64,000 nt of DNA from Promethearchaeia archaeon (GTDB lineage: Archaea > Asgardarchaeota > Lokiarchaeia > Sigyniarchaeales > SOKP01), in contig JAHQWG010000033.1 in NCBI GenBank assembly GCA_029856045.1, positions 32,001-96,000 on the forward strand, written 5' to 3'. Made by a program: the position numbers and the translations under genes. Below are positions 31,396-42,600 of the stretch, one piece after another; within the stretch, counting starts at the first letter, position 1; each line of letters opens with the position of its first letter. The notes below the pieces were generated by a model. That model did not search any database and was not told where the DNA came from. It saw only the letters and a list, made by a program, of their open reading frames with translations.

Positions 31396-31659
31396 TTAGT
31401 ATGTCGGATTCTCAGTTTTACCAAAAAATTCTTCAAAAGCTTTTCTATCATCTTCAGAGATTTTTTTACGTCGTTCAGATTCCTCCACGATAATAGGGGC
31501 CTTTTCACTCTCTGAATGTTGAATTTTTTTAATTATTTTATATTCATCTTTGCTTGTAAATTTATATTCACAATCACATGCTCTACAGTATAGAATCTTT
31601 TTCCCCTTTTTTGGAATCAAAATATTATTGCATTTTGGGCAAAATTGCACTTGTACCAC
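31396..31659 (-). CDS. RpoM/TFS (Rpb9-like) N-terminal zinc-ribbon protein lacking the C-terminal ribbon
   Basis: FCPKCNNILIP...LYCRACD, then a linker and an acidic helix. No second CxxC pair and no ADE motif. Confidence 0.75.
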   Translation of the reverse strand: MVQVQFCPKCNNILIPKKGKKILYCRACDCEYKFTSKDEYKIIKKIQHSESEKAPIIVEESERRKKISEDDRKAFEEFFGKTENPTY

Positions 31660-31905
31660 CTAATTTTTGTAATATTGTTTTCTTTTTTTCATCCACAATA
31701 ATTATTTCAACAAATTTACTTAACTTACTTTTTATATAAATAATTGTTTTTAAATTTATCTACTACAAACCATAAAATTTTTAACCTAAAAAATTTTTAT
31801 AATAAATCCGGTATATAAAATTTGCTATTTTTTATTAATTACTGATTGACTATATTCTAATTTGAATTAATAAAATTTTTAATAATCATTTCTTTATTTT
31901 TATAT

Positions 31906-32685
31906 ATGTTAGTTATGGCACATAGAGGTGCAAGTTCTGAAGCTCCAGAAAATACATTAATTGCTTTTTCTAAAGCTGTAGAAATTGGGGCTGATTATAT
32001 TGAATTTGATATTCGTTTAACCAAAGATAATGAAATTATCATAATGCACGATGAAAATACTAAAAGAACTACTGGTTATGATGGATTAATTAAAGATATG
32101 ACACTCAGTGAATTAAAAAAATTAAATTGTGGTAATGAAGCAATAGATGCTGAAATTCCTACACTGGAAGAAATCATCAATCTCAAGAGGGGAAATACAA
32201 AATTACAAATAGAAATGTGTTCCCTTGGATTGATTGAGCCATTATATAGTCTTCTAAAAAAGTATGATTTAATGGATTTAGTATTAGTAAGTTCATTTAG
32301 ATTGGAAGAATTATTAAAATTACAACGTTTAAATCCAGATTTAAAATTAGCTTCACTTCATACGGCGCAACCTGGGGTTTTCGAAGAATTAAATCCCAAT
32401 TTAAAATCAGAAACACTTAAAATAACTAAGTCTGGATGGGTTTTGGACTCCAAATATCGGAAAGCAATAGTTGATTTTGCAGTTAGACATAAATTTTATG
32501 CGATTAATCCTTATTTTTTTTTTGCTGATGAGGAAATGATTAACTATGCTCATGAAAATAATATTTTATTCAGCATATGGACAGTAAATAGAAAAATGTC
32601 ATTTAAAAAGTATATTAAAATGGGAGTAGACGGAATTTTTACAGATAATCCTAGACTCTTAATAAAATTATTAAAAGAAATTTAA
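31906..32685 (+). CDS. Glycerophosphodiester phosphodiesterase (UgpQ/GlpQ-like)
   Basis: AHRGAS, PENTL, IEFDI, MHD, WTVN, GIFTDNP. Confidence 0.95.
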   Translation: MLVMAHRGASSEAPENTLIAFSKAVEIGADYIEFDIRLTKDNEIIIMHDENTKRTTGYDGLIKDMTLSELKKLNCGNEAIDAEIPTLEEIINLKRGNTKLQIEMCSLGLIEPLYSLLKKYDLMDLVLVSSFRLEELLKLQRLNPDLKLASLHTAQPGVFEELNPNLKSETLKITKSGWVLDSKYRKAIVDFAVRHKFYAINPYFFFADEEMINYAHENNILFSIWTVNRKMSFKKYIKMGVDGIFTDNPRLLIKLLKEI

Positions 32686-32827
32686 AATGATAAATAATTT
32701 CATTGAAACACTGAGACGGAAAACCAGATTTTCTAATATATTTAAATATCTTATACTTTTAAGATAAATGCAAGTAATTAATTTTTTATGTTTTATTACT
32801 CAAATTAAGGTAGGTTGATGGATCATT

Positions 32828-33196
32828 ATGAAAAAAATACTTGTTGTTGATGATGAACGCGATACTGTAAGGCTCACAAAAAAGATTCTCGAGGATGATG
32901 ACTTCGAAGTTATACCTTCATATGATGGAGAAGAAGCATTAGAAATAATTGAACAAAAATACAGTGATATTGATCTAATCCTCTTAGATATTATGATGCC
33001 AATAAAATCTGGTTTTTCTGTGTTAGAAGAATTAAAAAATGATGAACGATTTAAAAATATCCCCGTCATTTGTTTTACAATAAAAAATTTTAATGAGGAT
33101 ATTCAAAAAGCTAAAAAATTGGGTGCTTGTGGATATTTAGTCAAACCATTTTCAGGGAATCAATTAATTACGTACGTGAAAAATAAACTTCAATGA
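32828..33196 (+). CDS. Stand-alone response-regulator receiver (CheY-like)
   Basis: ILVVDDE, LLDIMMP, T, KPF. Confidence 0.95.
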   Translation: MKKILVVDDERDTVRLTKKILEDDDFEVIPSYDGEEALEIIEQKYSDIDLILLDIMMPIKSGFSVLEELKNDERFKNIPVICFTIKNFNEDIQKAKKLGACGYLVKPFSGNQLITYVKNKLQ

Positions 33197-33238
33197 TTGT
33201 TATGGAAGATAAACCCAGAAGTTAATCTAAAAAATTCA

Positions 33239-34042
33239 TTATCTTTCTATTTCTTCTATTCCCTTATAGGTTCCAGTAAGTGGCTTCCCGGGGGATCCTT
33301 GATAAAAGAGCTCATTCAATTTCCCTTTCCAATGCTTGTGAATTACCGTATTTGGAAAAATTACATAATTTTTATCAATTAAAGCTCCACATCCTGAGAT
33401 ATTTCCTGGATAAATTACTGAATTTTCATTGATTTTAACTACAAACATATTAAGCCAGCCAAAAATTGAATTGACTGAATGAGACGACACTGCCGTTGAA
33501 GGATACATAAAAACATTATCTTGAATATCAGTAAATTCTAATCCCACAAAGACATCTTCCATTATAACATTTTTACCAATTTTATTATGACCGATTCTTC
33601 TTAAAGCCCTATTGAGTAACCAAGGAAATGGAGATTTCCCAGATAGCCACACAGGAAATTTAATTATAAATCCTCTTAAATGATAATATTTAATTAAACG
33701 AGTTTCAGGAGTTTCTTTATCTAGAAACATTCTTGGAAAAACTCCTTCTTGAGGGGGACTTTTTTTATTCCATTTCCTAACTAAAATTGCAGCAAATTCA
33801 ATTAATAAAATAATATAAATATAAAGAAGCAATAAAAACAAGGGGGGTAAAAATAAAAATATCCAAATTATATCTACTGACAATTTAATCATTATGAAGA
33901 GAAATAAAAGAAAGAGTCCCATACAAGGATAAAGTGGAATTACAAAACTAAGCATATTTAATCCAAAAAATGTTGAAACTGGTAAATCTACTGTTTGTTC
34001 CTTTTGTTCTACTTCATTACTTTCTTCGCTTCTGTTTTCCAT
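33239..34042 (-). CDS. Membrane-anchored left-handed beta-helix (hexapeptide acyltransferase-like) protein
   Basis: Two N-terminal TMs, then KIGKNV, DIQDNV, SSH, KINENSVI, and a terminal GSPGK. Confidence 0.7.
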   Translation of the reverse strand: MENRSEESNEVEQKEQTVDLPVSTFFGLNMLSFVIPLYPCMGLFLLFLFIMIKLSVDIIWIFLFLPPLFLLLLYIYIILLIEFAAILVRKWNKKSPPQEGVFPRMFLDKETPETRLIKYYHLRGFIIKFPVWLSGKSPFPWLLNRALRRIGHNKIGKNVIMEDVFVGLEFTDIQDNVFMYPSTAVSSHSVNSIFGWLNMFVVKINENSVIYPGNISGCGALIDKNYVIFPNTVIHKHWKGKLNELFYQGSPGKPLTGTYKGIEEIER

Positions 34043-34147
34043 TGAATATATTTTATTAGCAAATTTTAAAATATTTTCTATTTTTTAATTTTATTCAATT
34101 TGGAGTTTTTATAAAATATTTTAAACATTCCAACCCTATCAATTATC

Positions 34148-35101
34148 ATGATCGACCCTTTCACCATATTTTCTGGAATTACTTTATCAATTATAGCAGC
34201 TTTTTGTTTTAATTATTCAATTATTTTAAATAAGAAAGGACTTTTGCAAGGATTACCTGATATCAACTTTGATCAAGGAGTAAAAAGTGTTGTAAAATCA
34301 TTTATTTCTTTTTTTAAAAATAGAGATTGGGCAATTGGATTCTTCTTAGGTATTATTGGATACCTACCGTATCTTATTTCTCAGAGTTTAGTGGGTATTG
34401 TTGTTACACAACCAATAACAAGTGTTGGTTTAATTATATTAGTTTATTTTGCTCATAAAAAGTTGAATGAAAAAATTGGATATATTGAAATTATTTCATT
34501 TATATTAATGATTGGAGGTATTATTCTGATTGCTTTTGCTCAAGTCTCAGATATTTTTATTGACATTTTAAACATCGCATTACTATTAATTCTTTTTAAC
34601 TTAGTATTAATCGGGATTTCAATAGGACTTTTTTTTATGGCATTAAGGAATAAAGGAAAAGGTATTGAAAGTGTTTTAATAATGATAATTGCTGGGTTAA
34701 TAACTTCGATTGGTTCAATACTCTCGGGTGCTTTAGTATTAACATTAAATAGTGGTGAATTCTTTACAATTCCTCTATTAGGAATTTTTGAAATTTTTTT
34801 TGGGATATTTTGGTTCGAAACTTACCATATTTGGGCATTTATTTGCTTTTGGGGATTAATTATCTTTAATATAATTGGATATACATTTGTTCAAGCAGGA
34901 TTACAGAGAGGAAAAGCTGTATTAACATTTCCCATATCAAATACCACAAATTTGATTGTTCCTTTAATTGCTGGATTATTTATATTTCAGCAATCTTTTC
35001 AAAATTACTTCTTATTTTTTATAGGAGCAATCTCAATTACGATTGCGACAATTATTTTATCAAGATTCCAAGCAAAAATCGAAAAAATTGAAATGCTCTA
35101 A
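34148..35101 (+). CDS. DMT-superfamily (NIPA/EamA-like) membrane transporter
   Basis: About 9 TMs, with VTQPI, LNEKI and QAGLQRG. Confidence 0.7.
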   Translation: MIDPFTIFSGITLSIIAAFCFNYSIILNKKGLLQGLPDINFDQGVKSVVKSFISFFKNRDWAIGFFLGIIGYLPYLISQSLVGIVVTQPITSVGLIILVYFAHKKLNEKIGYIEIISFILMIGGIILIAFAQVSDIFIDILNIALLLILFNLVLIGISIGLFFMALRNKGKGIESVLIMIIAGLITSIGSILSGALVLTLNSGEFFTIPLLGIFEIFFGIFWFETYHIWAFICFWGLIIFNIIGYTFVQAGLQRGKAVLTFPISNTTNLIVPLIAGLFIFQQSFQNYFLFFIGAISITIATIILSRFQAKIEKIEML

Positions 35102-35130
35102 AAAGAAAAGGAATAGAAATATAAATCTCA

Positions 35131-37209
35131 TTATATAATATATTTTTTTCCATATTCTGGAATTACAATTTTTATATCATTTAGTTTCAATGATAAAAAT
35201 AAATTAGGATATTGTGTGTGAATTGGAAAAACAACTTTTGGTTTAATTTGATTAATAATATATTCTAGATCTTTTATTCTTGCATGTCCGGAGCAATGTA
35301 CTTGATAAAAGTTCCTCTCTTCGATTTTAAACAATTTCAACCAACTCATTAGTTTTTCATGTTCTAATTCCATTTCCGGTTCAAAAGGTTCCGATTTTGA
35401 ATGAATGAAAACACTTCCTGGAACGGGACGTAAATCTATCAAACTAAAAAGCGACCAGAAAGGTAAATAAATTACATATAATCCTTGATTGTTTGCGATA
35501 TCGTCGATAGTAATTGGCTTAACTTGATTATTTATTTCAAAATCTTGTTTTGTTTCCTCTTCAAACATATTCTTACTTGCAGGAGAATATGTATAATCTT
35601 CTTTCTCATATAGTCCCCAACCTTTCCTTGAGAGGTAAGGAACTAAATCCATATCTAAAGGTGGAATATTCGAATAATCTCCCTTTATATTATATTTCTT
35701 ATCTTTTAGAGCGTAATTTAATCTTTCAATTAATTTATAAGTATTTGGCATAATTGCTAATTTTCTTCCATTATTTTTAGCTGCTTTAAAAAATGAATTA
35801 ATTCGACTTAAATCTCTCAAGGAACAAGCAAACATAACTAAACCATTTGTTTCTTCAATTATTTTTGTAATTTTCTCTTCTAATATATCCTCACTTTCAA
35901 CCTCTCCCATCTCTCTTGAGCCACTAATATTAGTTCCTTCACATATTAGAACATCTGGCTCGAATTTTCTTCCAATCTCTATAAAATTTAATGTTTTTTG
36001 TTTTAAATTCGATGGGCCATGCATTCTAATATCTCCTGTATATATTATACGTTTATTATTTTCAATATCTTCAATTAAATATGCTCCAGCTCCAGAGGTT
36101 GAATGATCTACTTCATGGAATTTTATTTTAAATGCCCCATTAACTTTTTTTTCACCTAAAAAATAATCCAAAGTTAATTCTTCATTTGAATTTAAAGTAA
36201 TAAAGCTCCTCTCTTTCATTTTAATATCTCTTTTATATCCTCTCCTAAGCTTAGTAAAATCTGCTCTATATGGAACCAAAATAAAATTCTCCATATATTG
36301 AGTAATACCAGAAAAAGTATCACTTTGAATAAATTCAAAATGATCGAGAAATTCCTTAGAGATTTTACTACTAACATTAATCACTCGGGGATCTATAATC
36401 TTTATATCCGAAACATGATCAGAGTGAGAGTGAGTTATTAACACATGACTAATTTGAGATTCACCTATTGGGTTATAACCAAATCTTTTATTCCAAATTT
36501 CATAATTACGTTGATATTTTTGTTTAGAATCATATTTTTTTTTAGTTACTTCACCTGTAATATTGAAAATATACCATTTTTCATTAAAAAAACTACAATC
36601 TATTTTAGCTAATTTATCTCCAAATGCTTTAATAATTGTATTCAATGACTCCTTAACTTCCTCTGCACCATCAAGTCCCGCTTTCGATATAAGAGTAAAT
36701 AAATTGTCTTCATCAATTTTAAAAAATGTAATAAATTTATCTAAATGTTTTTCTGTTAGATTTATTATTTCTCGTATCCCTCCATACTCAATACTGAATG
36801 TTATGCTAATGTTATAGCCAAATTGTGGATTTCCATAATATTTTGTTTCAAGAATATCAATATTTTTGCAAGGGATATGTATGTTTAGAAATTTGTTATC
36901 ATCTGATTCAATTATTCCTAATTCTCTTACTTTTGTAGCAATACCTACTTTTTGTTTTAAAAAATATAAATCCTCTCTATAAAGACCATGAAATGGCGTA
37001 CCGGGTTTAGGTTCCGGGATAAACCCTAAAGTTATATAATCCTCAATAATATTGAATTTTCGAGGATTTAAAAAAGTGTCAAGATATTGATTACTAAAAT
37101 CTTTTCCAAAATCAAGTAGAATAGACTTTTTATTTTTATTTTCAGGAGAAACAAGAATTTTATTGCCACCGATTTTTCCAACTCCACCCCAAAATGAAAT
37201 TGTTGTCAT
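35131..37209 (-). CDS. Metallo-beta-lactamase/beta-CASP nuclease (RNase J-like) with a ~140-aa insertion
   Basis: GGVGKIGGNK, LDFG, THSHSDH, VDHS, YTGDIRMHG, EGT, HCSGHA, PIHT. Confidence 0.88.
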   Translation of the reverse strand: MTTISFWGGVGKIGGNKILVSPENKNKKSILLDFGKDFSNQYLDTFLNPRKFNIIEDYITLGFIPEPKPGTPFHGLYREDLYFLKQKVGIATKVRELGIIESDDNKFLNIHIPCKNIDILETKYYGNPQFGYNISITFSIEYGGIREIINLTEKHLDKFITFFKIDEDNLFTLISKAGLDGAEEVKESLNTIIKAFGDKLAKIDCSFFNEKWYIFNITGEVTKKKYDSKQKYQRNYEIWNKRFGYNPIGESQISHVLITHSHSDHVSDIKIIDPRVINVSSKISKEFLDHFEFIQSDTFSGITQYMENFILVPYRADFTKLRRGYKRDIKMKERSFITLNSNEELTLDYFLGEKKVNGAFKIKFHEVDHSTSGAGAYLIEDIENNKRIIYTGDIRMHGPSNLKQKTLNFIEIGRKFEPDVLICEGTNISGSREMGEVESEDILEEKITKIIEETNGLVMFACSLRDLSRINSFFKAAKNNGRKLAIMPNTYKLIERLNYALKDKKYNIKGDYSNIPPLDMDLVPYLSRKGWGLYEKEDYTYSPASKNMFEEETKQDFEINNQVKPITIDDIANNQGLYVIYLPFWSLFSLIDLRPVPGSVFIHSKSEPFEPEMELEHEKLMSWLKLFKIEERNFYQVHCSGHARIKDLEYIINQIKPKVVFPIHTQYPNLFLSLKLNDIKIVIPEYGKKYII

Positions 37210-37335
37210 CTTTAAATACCTCTTATCAAATATATTTATAAAATCTAATTATTTATTAAATTAAACATTAAATGATTAACAAATCTTCACAGACTAATAA
37301 TTTATTAAAAAATTTCGCATTAATTAAAAATCAAA

Positions 37336-39519
37336 ATGAGTAAAGACAAGGACTCTAAAGATCTTTCAGAAGAGTTTATATTTGAATTTTTTGAGGAGGT
37401 TGAAGATACTTCTGTAAACGGTAAGGAACTGATAAAAAAATACTATACAATTAATTTTGAACAAGAACTAAATGAGGAGCAGCTTGAGATAGTAAATAAT
37501 ATTAAAGGTCCAATGCTAGTAATCGCCGGAGCGGGTTCAGGTAAGACAAGGACTATTGTTTATTCTGTAGCTAGATTATTATTAAATGGAGTTCGCCCCT
37601 CTGAAATAATGCTTGTTACCTTTACTAATAAAGCAGCTCAAGAAATGATTAAACGTGTGGAAAAATTACTTGGCAAAAGACCGAAAGGAATATGGGCTGG
37701 AACTTTTCATTCCATGGCCAATCGATTTATTCGAATATATACCAAAACTCTTAGCTTGAAACCAAATTATACAATAATGGATGAATCTGATGCAAATGCA
37801 CTTATGAAGTTGGCAACTGATGAAATAAATATGAAAGAAATTGAAGAACGGTTTCCAACTTCTAAAATATGTAAGAATATATTGTCATATTCGATTAATT
37901 GTAATAAATCTATTCAAGAAGTTATTCTCTGGAAATATCCGCAATTTGATAGTAATAAAATACTCACGAAATTAAATGATACTTTTGAGATATACAAAAA
38001 GAAAAAAGCAAAAGATAATTTGGTTGATTTTGATGATTTATTAGTCTATTGGAATCTATTATTAGATGAAAGATCATTTGCTCAACGTATTGCAAAAAAT
38101 ATAAAATATATTTTAGTTGACGAATATCAAGATACAAATTATATCCAAGACGAGATTATTCATAAGATTACTATTCAAAATCCCGAACATAATATTATGG
38201 CTGTTGGAGATGATGCACAAAGTATTTACGCATTTCGAGGAGCAAATTTTCAGAATATTTTAAATTTTTCAAAAAAGTTTAGTAATTGTAAAGTTTATAA
38301 AATCACTTATAATTATCGCAGCATTCCTGAAATTCTTGATCTAGCAAATAATTCAATTCAATACAATAAAAAGCAATACAAAAAAGATATGAAAACCACT
38401 CGACGTAATGGAGTAAAACCTTATCAAGTTAATGTAGGAGACGATGAAGATCAGGCAAAATTCATTGCCAACCAAATTTTAACATTGCGTTCAAAAAATT
38501 TTAAATTAAATGAAATGGCTGTCCTTTATCGTGCTGGGTTTCATTCTATGAAGATTGAATTAGAACTCCAAGCCAAAAATATACCGTATGAAGTACGATC
38601 AGGTGTATCATTTTTTGAAAGGGCGCATATAAAAGATTTGATTGCTCACTTACGAATAATTGAGAATCCTTATGATGAGTTATCATGGTCTCGAATTTTT
38701 TCTATGATCCCGGGATTTGGGACAATTTCTGGTTCAAAAATTTTTAGTGTCATATCTCAGACTGAGCATCCCATCGAATCTATATTAAATAAAACATTTT
38801 TTTCAGGAAAATTGAAAGGAGAAAGAATTCCAAAAGATGGACTAAGAAATCTAAGAGTTCATATAAAACAATTAATTACACTTTCCCGTGAAGATAATCC
38901 TTCTGAAGTGATATTGAATCTTACTGAATTACTTGAAGATCGACTAAAATCAAAATATTCCGATTGGTATGATCGCTTAGATGATTTAAAACAACTTAGT
39001 ATTTATGCTACAGATTTCAAAACAATTCAGCTATTTTTAGAGCAAATGAGCTTAAATGTATCCGAATTAGATTCAAGAACTACATCATTAGGTTCTAAAA
39101 AAAAAGATGAAAAACCGTTAGTTCTTTCAACTATCCATCGAGCAAAAGGTCTAGAATGGCGAGTTGTCTTTATTCCTATGCTATCTGAAGATTATTTTCC
39201 ATCTCATAGAGTAGTGGGTGATGAGAATGCTTTTGAGGAAGAACGAAGAGTATTTTATGTAGCAGTGACTAGAGCAAAAGATCAGTTATTTATGATATCT
39301 CCCTCTGTTATTTCTGGATTTAAGGGAAAACAAACAGCAAGACTATCCCAATTTGTATCCGAGTTAAATCCTAAATATTATTTAAAATCAAAAGTTCGGT
39401 TTAAATCAACTCCGATTGAATATAAAAAAGGCAGAAAAAGGCAGAAAAGGCATTATGATACTAGCTCTTCGTTTATCTCAGCTGATACTCTATTAGATGA
39501 TAAAAAGAAGAAAAAATGA
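37336..39519 (+). CDS. UvrD/PcrA/Rep family SF1 DNA helicase
   Basis: AGAGSGKT, TFTNKAA, GTFHS, VDEYQDTN, VGDDAQSIYAFRGA, NYRS, STIHRAKGLEW, EERRVFYVAVTRAK. Confidence 0.96.
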   Translation: MSKDKDSKDLSEEFIFEFFEEVEDTSVNGKELIKKYYTINFEQELNEEQLEIVNNIKGPMLVIAGAGSGKTRTIVYSVARLLLNGVRPSEIMLVTFTNKAAQEMIKRVEKLLGKRPKGIWAGTFHSMANRFIRIYTKTLSLKPNYTIMDESDANALMKLATDEINMKEIEERFPTSKICKNILSYSINCNKSIQEVILWKYPQFDSNKILTKLNDTFEIYKKKKAKDNLVDFDDLLVYWNLLLDERSFAQRIAKNIKYILVDEYQDTNYIQDEIIHKITIQNPEHNIMAVGDDAQSIYAFRGANFQNILNFSKKFSNCKVYKITYNYRSIPEILDLANNSIQYNKKQYKKDMKTTRRNGVKPYQVNVGDDEDQAKFIANQILTLRSKNFKLNEMAVLYRAGFHSMKIELELQAKNIPYEVRSGVSFFERAHIKDLIAHLRIIENPYDELSWSRIFSMIPGFGTISGSKIFSVISQTEHPIESILNKTFFSGKLKGERIPKDGLRNLRVHIKQLITLSREDNPSEVILNLTELLEDRLKSKYSDWYDRLDDLKQLSIYATDFKTIQLFLEQMSLNVSELDSRTTSLGSKKKDEKPLVLSTIHRAKGLEWRVVFIPMLSEDYFPSHRVVGDENAFEEERRVFYVAVTRAKDQLFMISPSVISGFKGKQTARLSQFVSELNPKYYLKSKVRFKSTPIEYKKGRKRQKRHYDTSSSFISADTLLDDKKKKK

Positions 39520-39653
39520 AAATGCAAAATGCTATATTTACTATTAATTAATTTCTTATTCTATTATCTGATAAGTGCATTTAATAATTGCAATCCCTTA
39601 ATATTTAAAACTCTTTTAATAAGTTTTTTAAATTAAATAATAAGCTTTAAATT

Positions 39654-42600
39654 ATGGCTGAAAAAAATCTCTTCTATAAAGATAAATATTTTATGATTAA
39701 TGGAGAACCGTGTTTTCTTTTTGGTGGAGAAATGCACTATTCTCGAATCCCAAGAGGATTATGGGAAGATCGGTTAAATAAAATGAAACAATGCTTTCTT
39801 AATACATATAGCTCATATTCTTTTTGGAATTATCATGAAAAGGAAAGGGGAAACGTAAATTTAGCAGAATTAGAAGATATTCTAGGTTTAGCTCATAATA
39901 TAGATTTACATGTTATTGTACGCTGCGGTACTTATGCATGTGCAGAATGGGATTGTGGTGGATATCCACATTGGCTTCTAACAAGTAATTTTCAGTTCAG
40001 AGATTTTAATAAACAATATTTAATGTTAGAAAAAGATTGGCATGGTAAATTTTCAAAAGTAGTAATCCCTTATCAGTTTCCACAAGGTCCGGTTATTTTA
40101 TATCAGGTTGAAAATGAGTTTTTCTGGCATGATAGGAAATACCTCCCGTATTTATATAAAATGGCCAGAGATTTAGGAATAACAATTCCAATTTTCGTTA
40201 ACGAAAATTTTGAAGTAGAAGATATATGTCCTTTAATAAATGCAATTGATTTGTATCCCGGAGAATGGGACTTTTTTGAACCTTCTTTTTGGATGTTTAA
40301 ATATATGCGAAAAAATCATGACAAACCTCGATTCATAGCAGAATTAGAAGGAGGTTGGTTTAGTCGGTATGGAGGACAATTACCAACCCAGAGAGGAAAA
40401 TGGGATCCTAATTGGACCGAAGTGCTTACAAAATTTTTTATTGCAACAGGTTTAAACGGAACAATAATGTATATGTTTGATGGGGGCACAAACTTTAATT
40501 ATTGGCCTTCTGGTGGTGATGCTAGGTTAACTACTACTTATGATTATGATGCCTGTATAAGAGAGTCTGGAGGATTACATGAGAGATACTATCGAATGAG
40601 ACTAATTGGTGGGTTTATCGACACTTTTGGAAAAATCTTGGTCCAAATGAAACCAAAATTAAATTACTTTAAATTGCTTTTCTTTGGGATAAAGAGGATT
40701 TTTAATAAAAAAAGACCTGTCGCATTCATCAGATCTTTAAATGAATCCCAATTTTCATTCATTTTAAACGATAATCCAAATAAAATTAAGAATAAGGAAA
40801 TAAATTTTAAATTAGAAAATATTGAAGAAAAGAAGAAAATTAGTGTCATAATTCCTCCAAAATCTCTTAAAATAATTCCTATTAATATTAAAATTAGTGA
40901 AAAGGTGAAAATAGAATACTGCACGGCTGAAATTTTCCGAATAACAAGTGAGAAAATTGCAGATAAAAATATAATATTTCTCATCTGCTACGATAAAAAA
41001 AACATCAAGAATGAAATATCTATTAAGATTGAAAATGAATCTGACTCGAAAATATTACAACTTGATCACAGCATCCCTATATGCGAAGTATTAAATATTA
41101 GTGACAAGAATAAATTATGTGTAATATCAATCAATAAAGATCTTGCTAAAAAAACTCAATTTTTTAATGGAATCCCAATTATCTCAAATATATACTTTGC
41201 TGAACCTCAAATCCTGCAAACTTCTAGAAATGAACTAAATATTGAATTAGATTCCAATAAAATAATTTTATGGATTCCAGAAATTGCTTCTATAAATTCT
41301 ATAAAACTTAAATTACTTGATGGAACTGATAATACCTATGAAATAAATCCCAAATCAATTAAAAATGGATTAAAATATTTTGAAATTAATGATTCTAATA
41401 TAAAGGAATTTAACCAATTCGAAAACCCCAAAATTGAATTTAATAAATTGAAATATAAATCAGATAGTGAGCCCCTACTAATAGATTATAATGATAACAA
41501 CTGGAAAAATATGGACCACATAATCTCTTTAGAAGAATCTGGATTTTATAAAAATGGTTTCTATATATACAGAGTAAAGTTTTCTACTCCTGATATAATC
41601 TCGCAAGAATCTTTTGAAATAATTCTTAATTTAGGGATAAGAGGACATTCTTTAGTGATTTTGAATGGAATTTCTTTTGGATTAGGAAGAGGGGTGCGTT
41701 TATTAAATATTGCAAAGCTTCTTAAAAAAGGAGATAACAAAAATACATTAATAATACTAGTAGAGAATGATGGGCATCGTCATTTCGCTAACGTCTGGGA
41801 GAGAAGTGGGCTTACAAGAACTCCAATTCTTATGTTTGGAAAAGAAAACTCTTTAAAAATTCGTTTTACTAGAACTCGTAAATTAAAGGGGGATAAAATT
41901 CCATTAAAATTAAAAAGAGCTCTATTTTTACCCGCTAACATCATTTCAAAACCTTTAGATAAATTAAAGGCAATGGTAGGCGAAGGAATGACTTTAAGTG
42001 GGATATTTGGTCTTTTTTCTGTCTATTTAAATATAAAAAATGAAGGATACCTATGGTATAAATCTACTTTCTATTATGAAGAAGAAAAAATTGAAGAATT
42101 TAAAAAAACAAATAAACGATTATGGTTAATGATGGATAAGGTGGGACAGAATTGTAAAATATGGCTAAATAATACCGTTATCGATACTCTATATAATCGA
42201 AAGAATGCAAATGGATTCGATATAACAGATTTGTTAAAACCAGGAAAAAATGTATTACTTGTTGCAATGAATTTAAGAGGAGGCTACACAATACTTTCAA
42301 ATGTATATCTAACTGAAGGGTATGAATTAACTGATTTTAAAATTCAATACGGATTTAATGGGCAAATTGGTAAATATTTCTTACCCGAAATTAATACTGA
42401 CGATTGGCAAACGATTGAGGATAAATCCTTTATGTTTGTTCAGAAAGAACCAGTTGGTTGGTTTAAAATACAATTTAAAATTAAAGAAAAGAAATCTGAT
42501 ATCATATGTCCTTTAAAACTAATAATCCCTAAGGAAATTAAAGGAACTGCCTTAATATTTCTAAATGAAAAACATATCGGACGATATGAAGATATTGGCC

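Noticed and set aside
36520-36960. Intein in the RNase J-like gene
   Set aside because: No Cys/Ser start with a His-Asn end followed by C/S/T, and no LAGLIDADG motifs.
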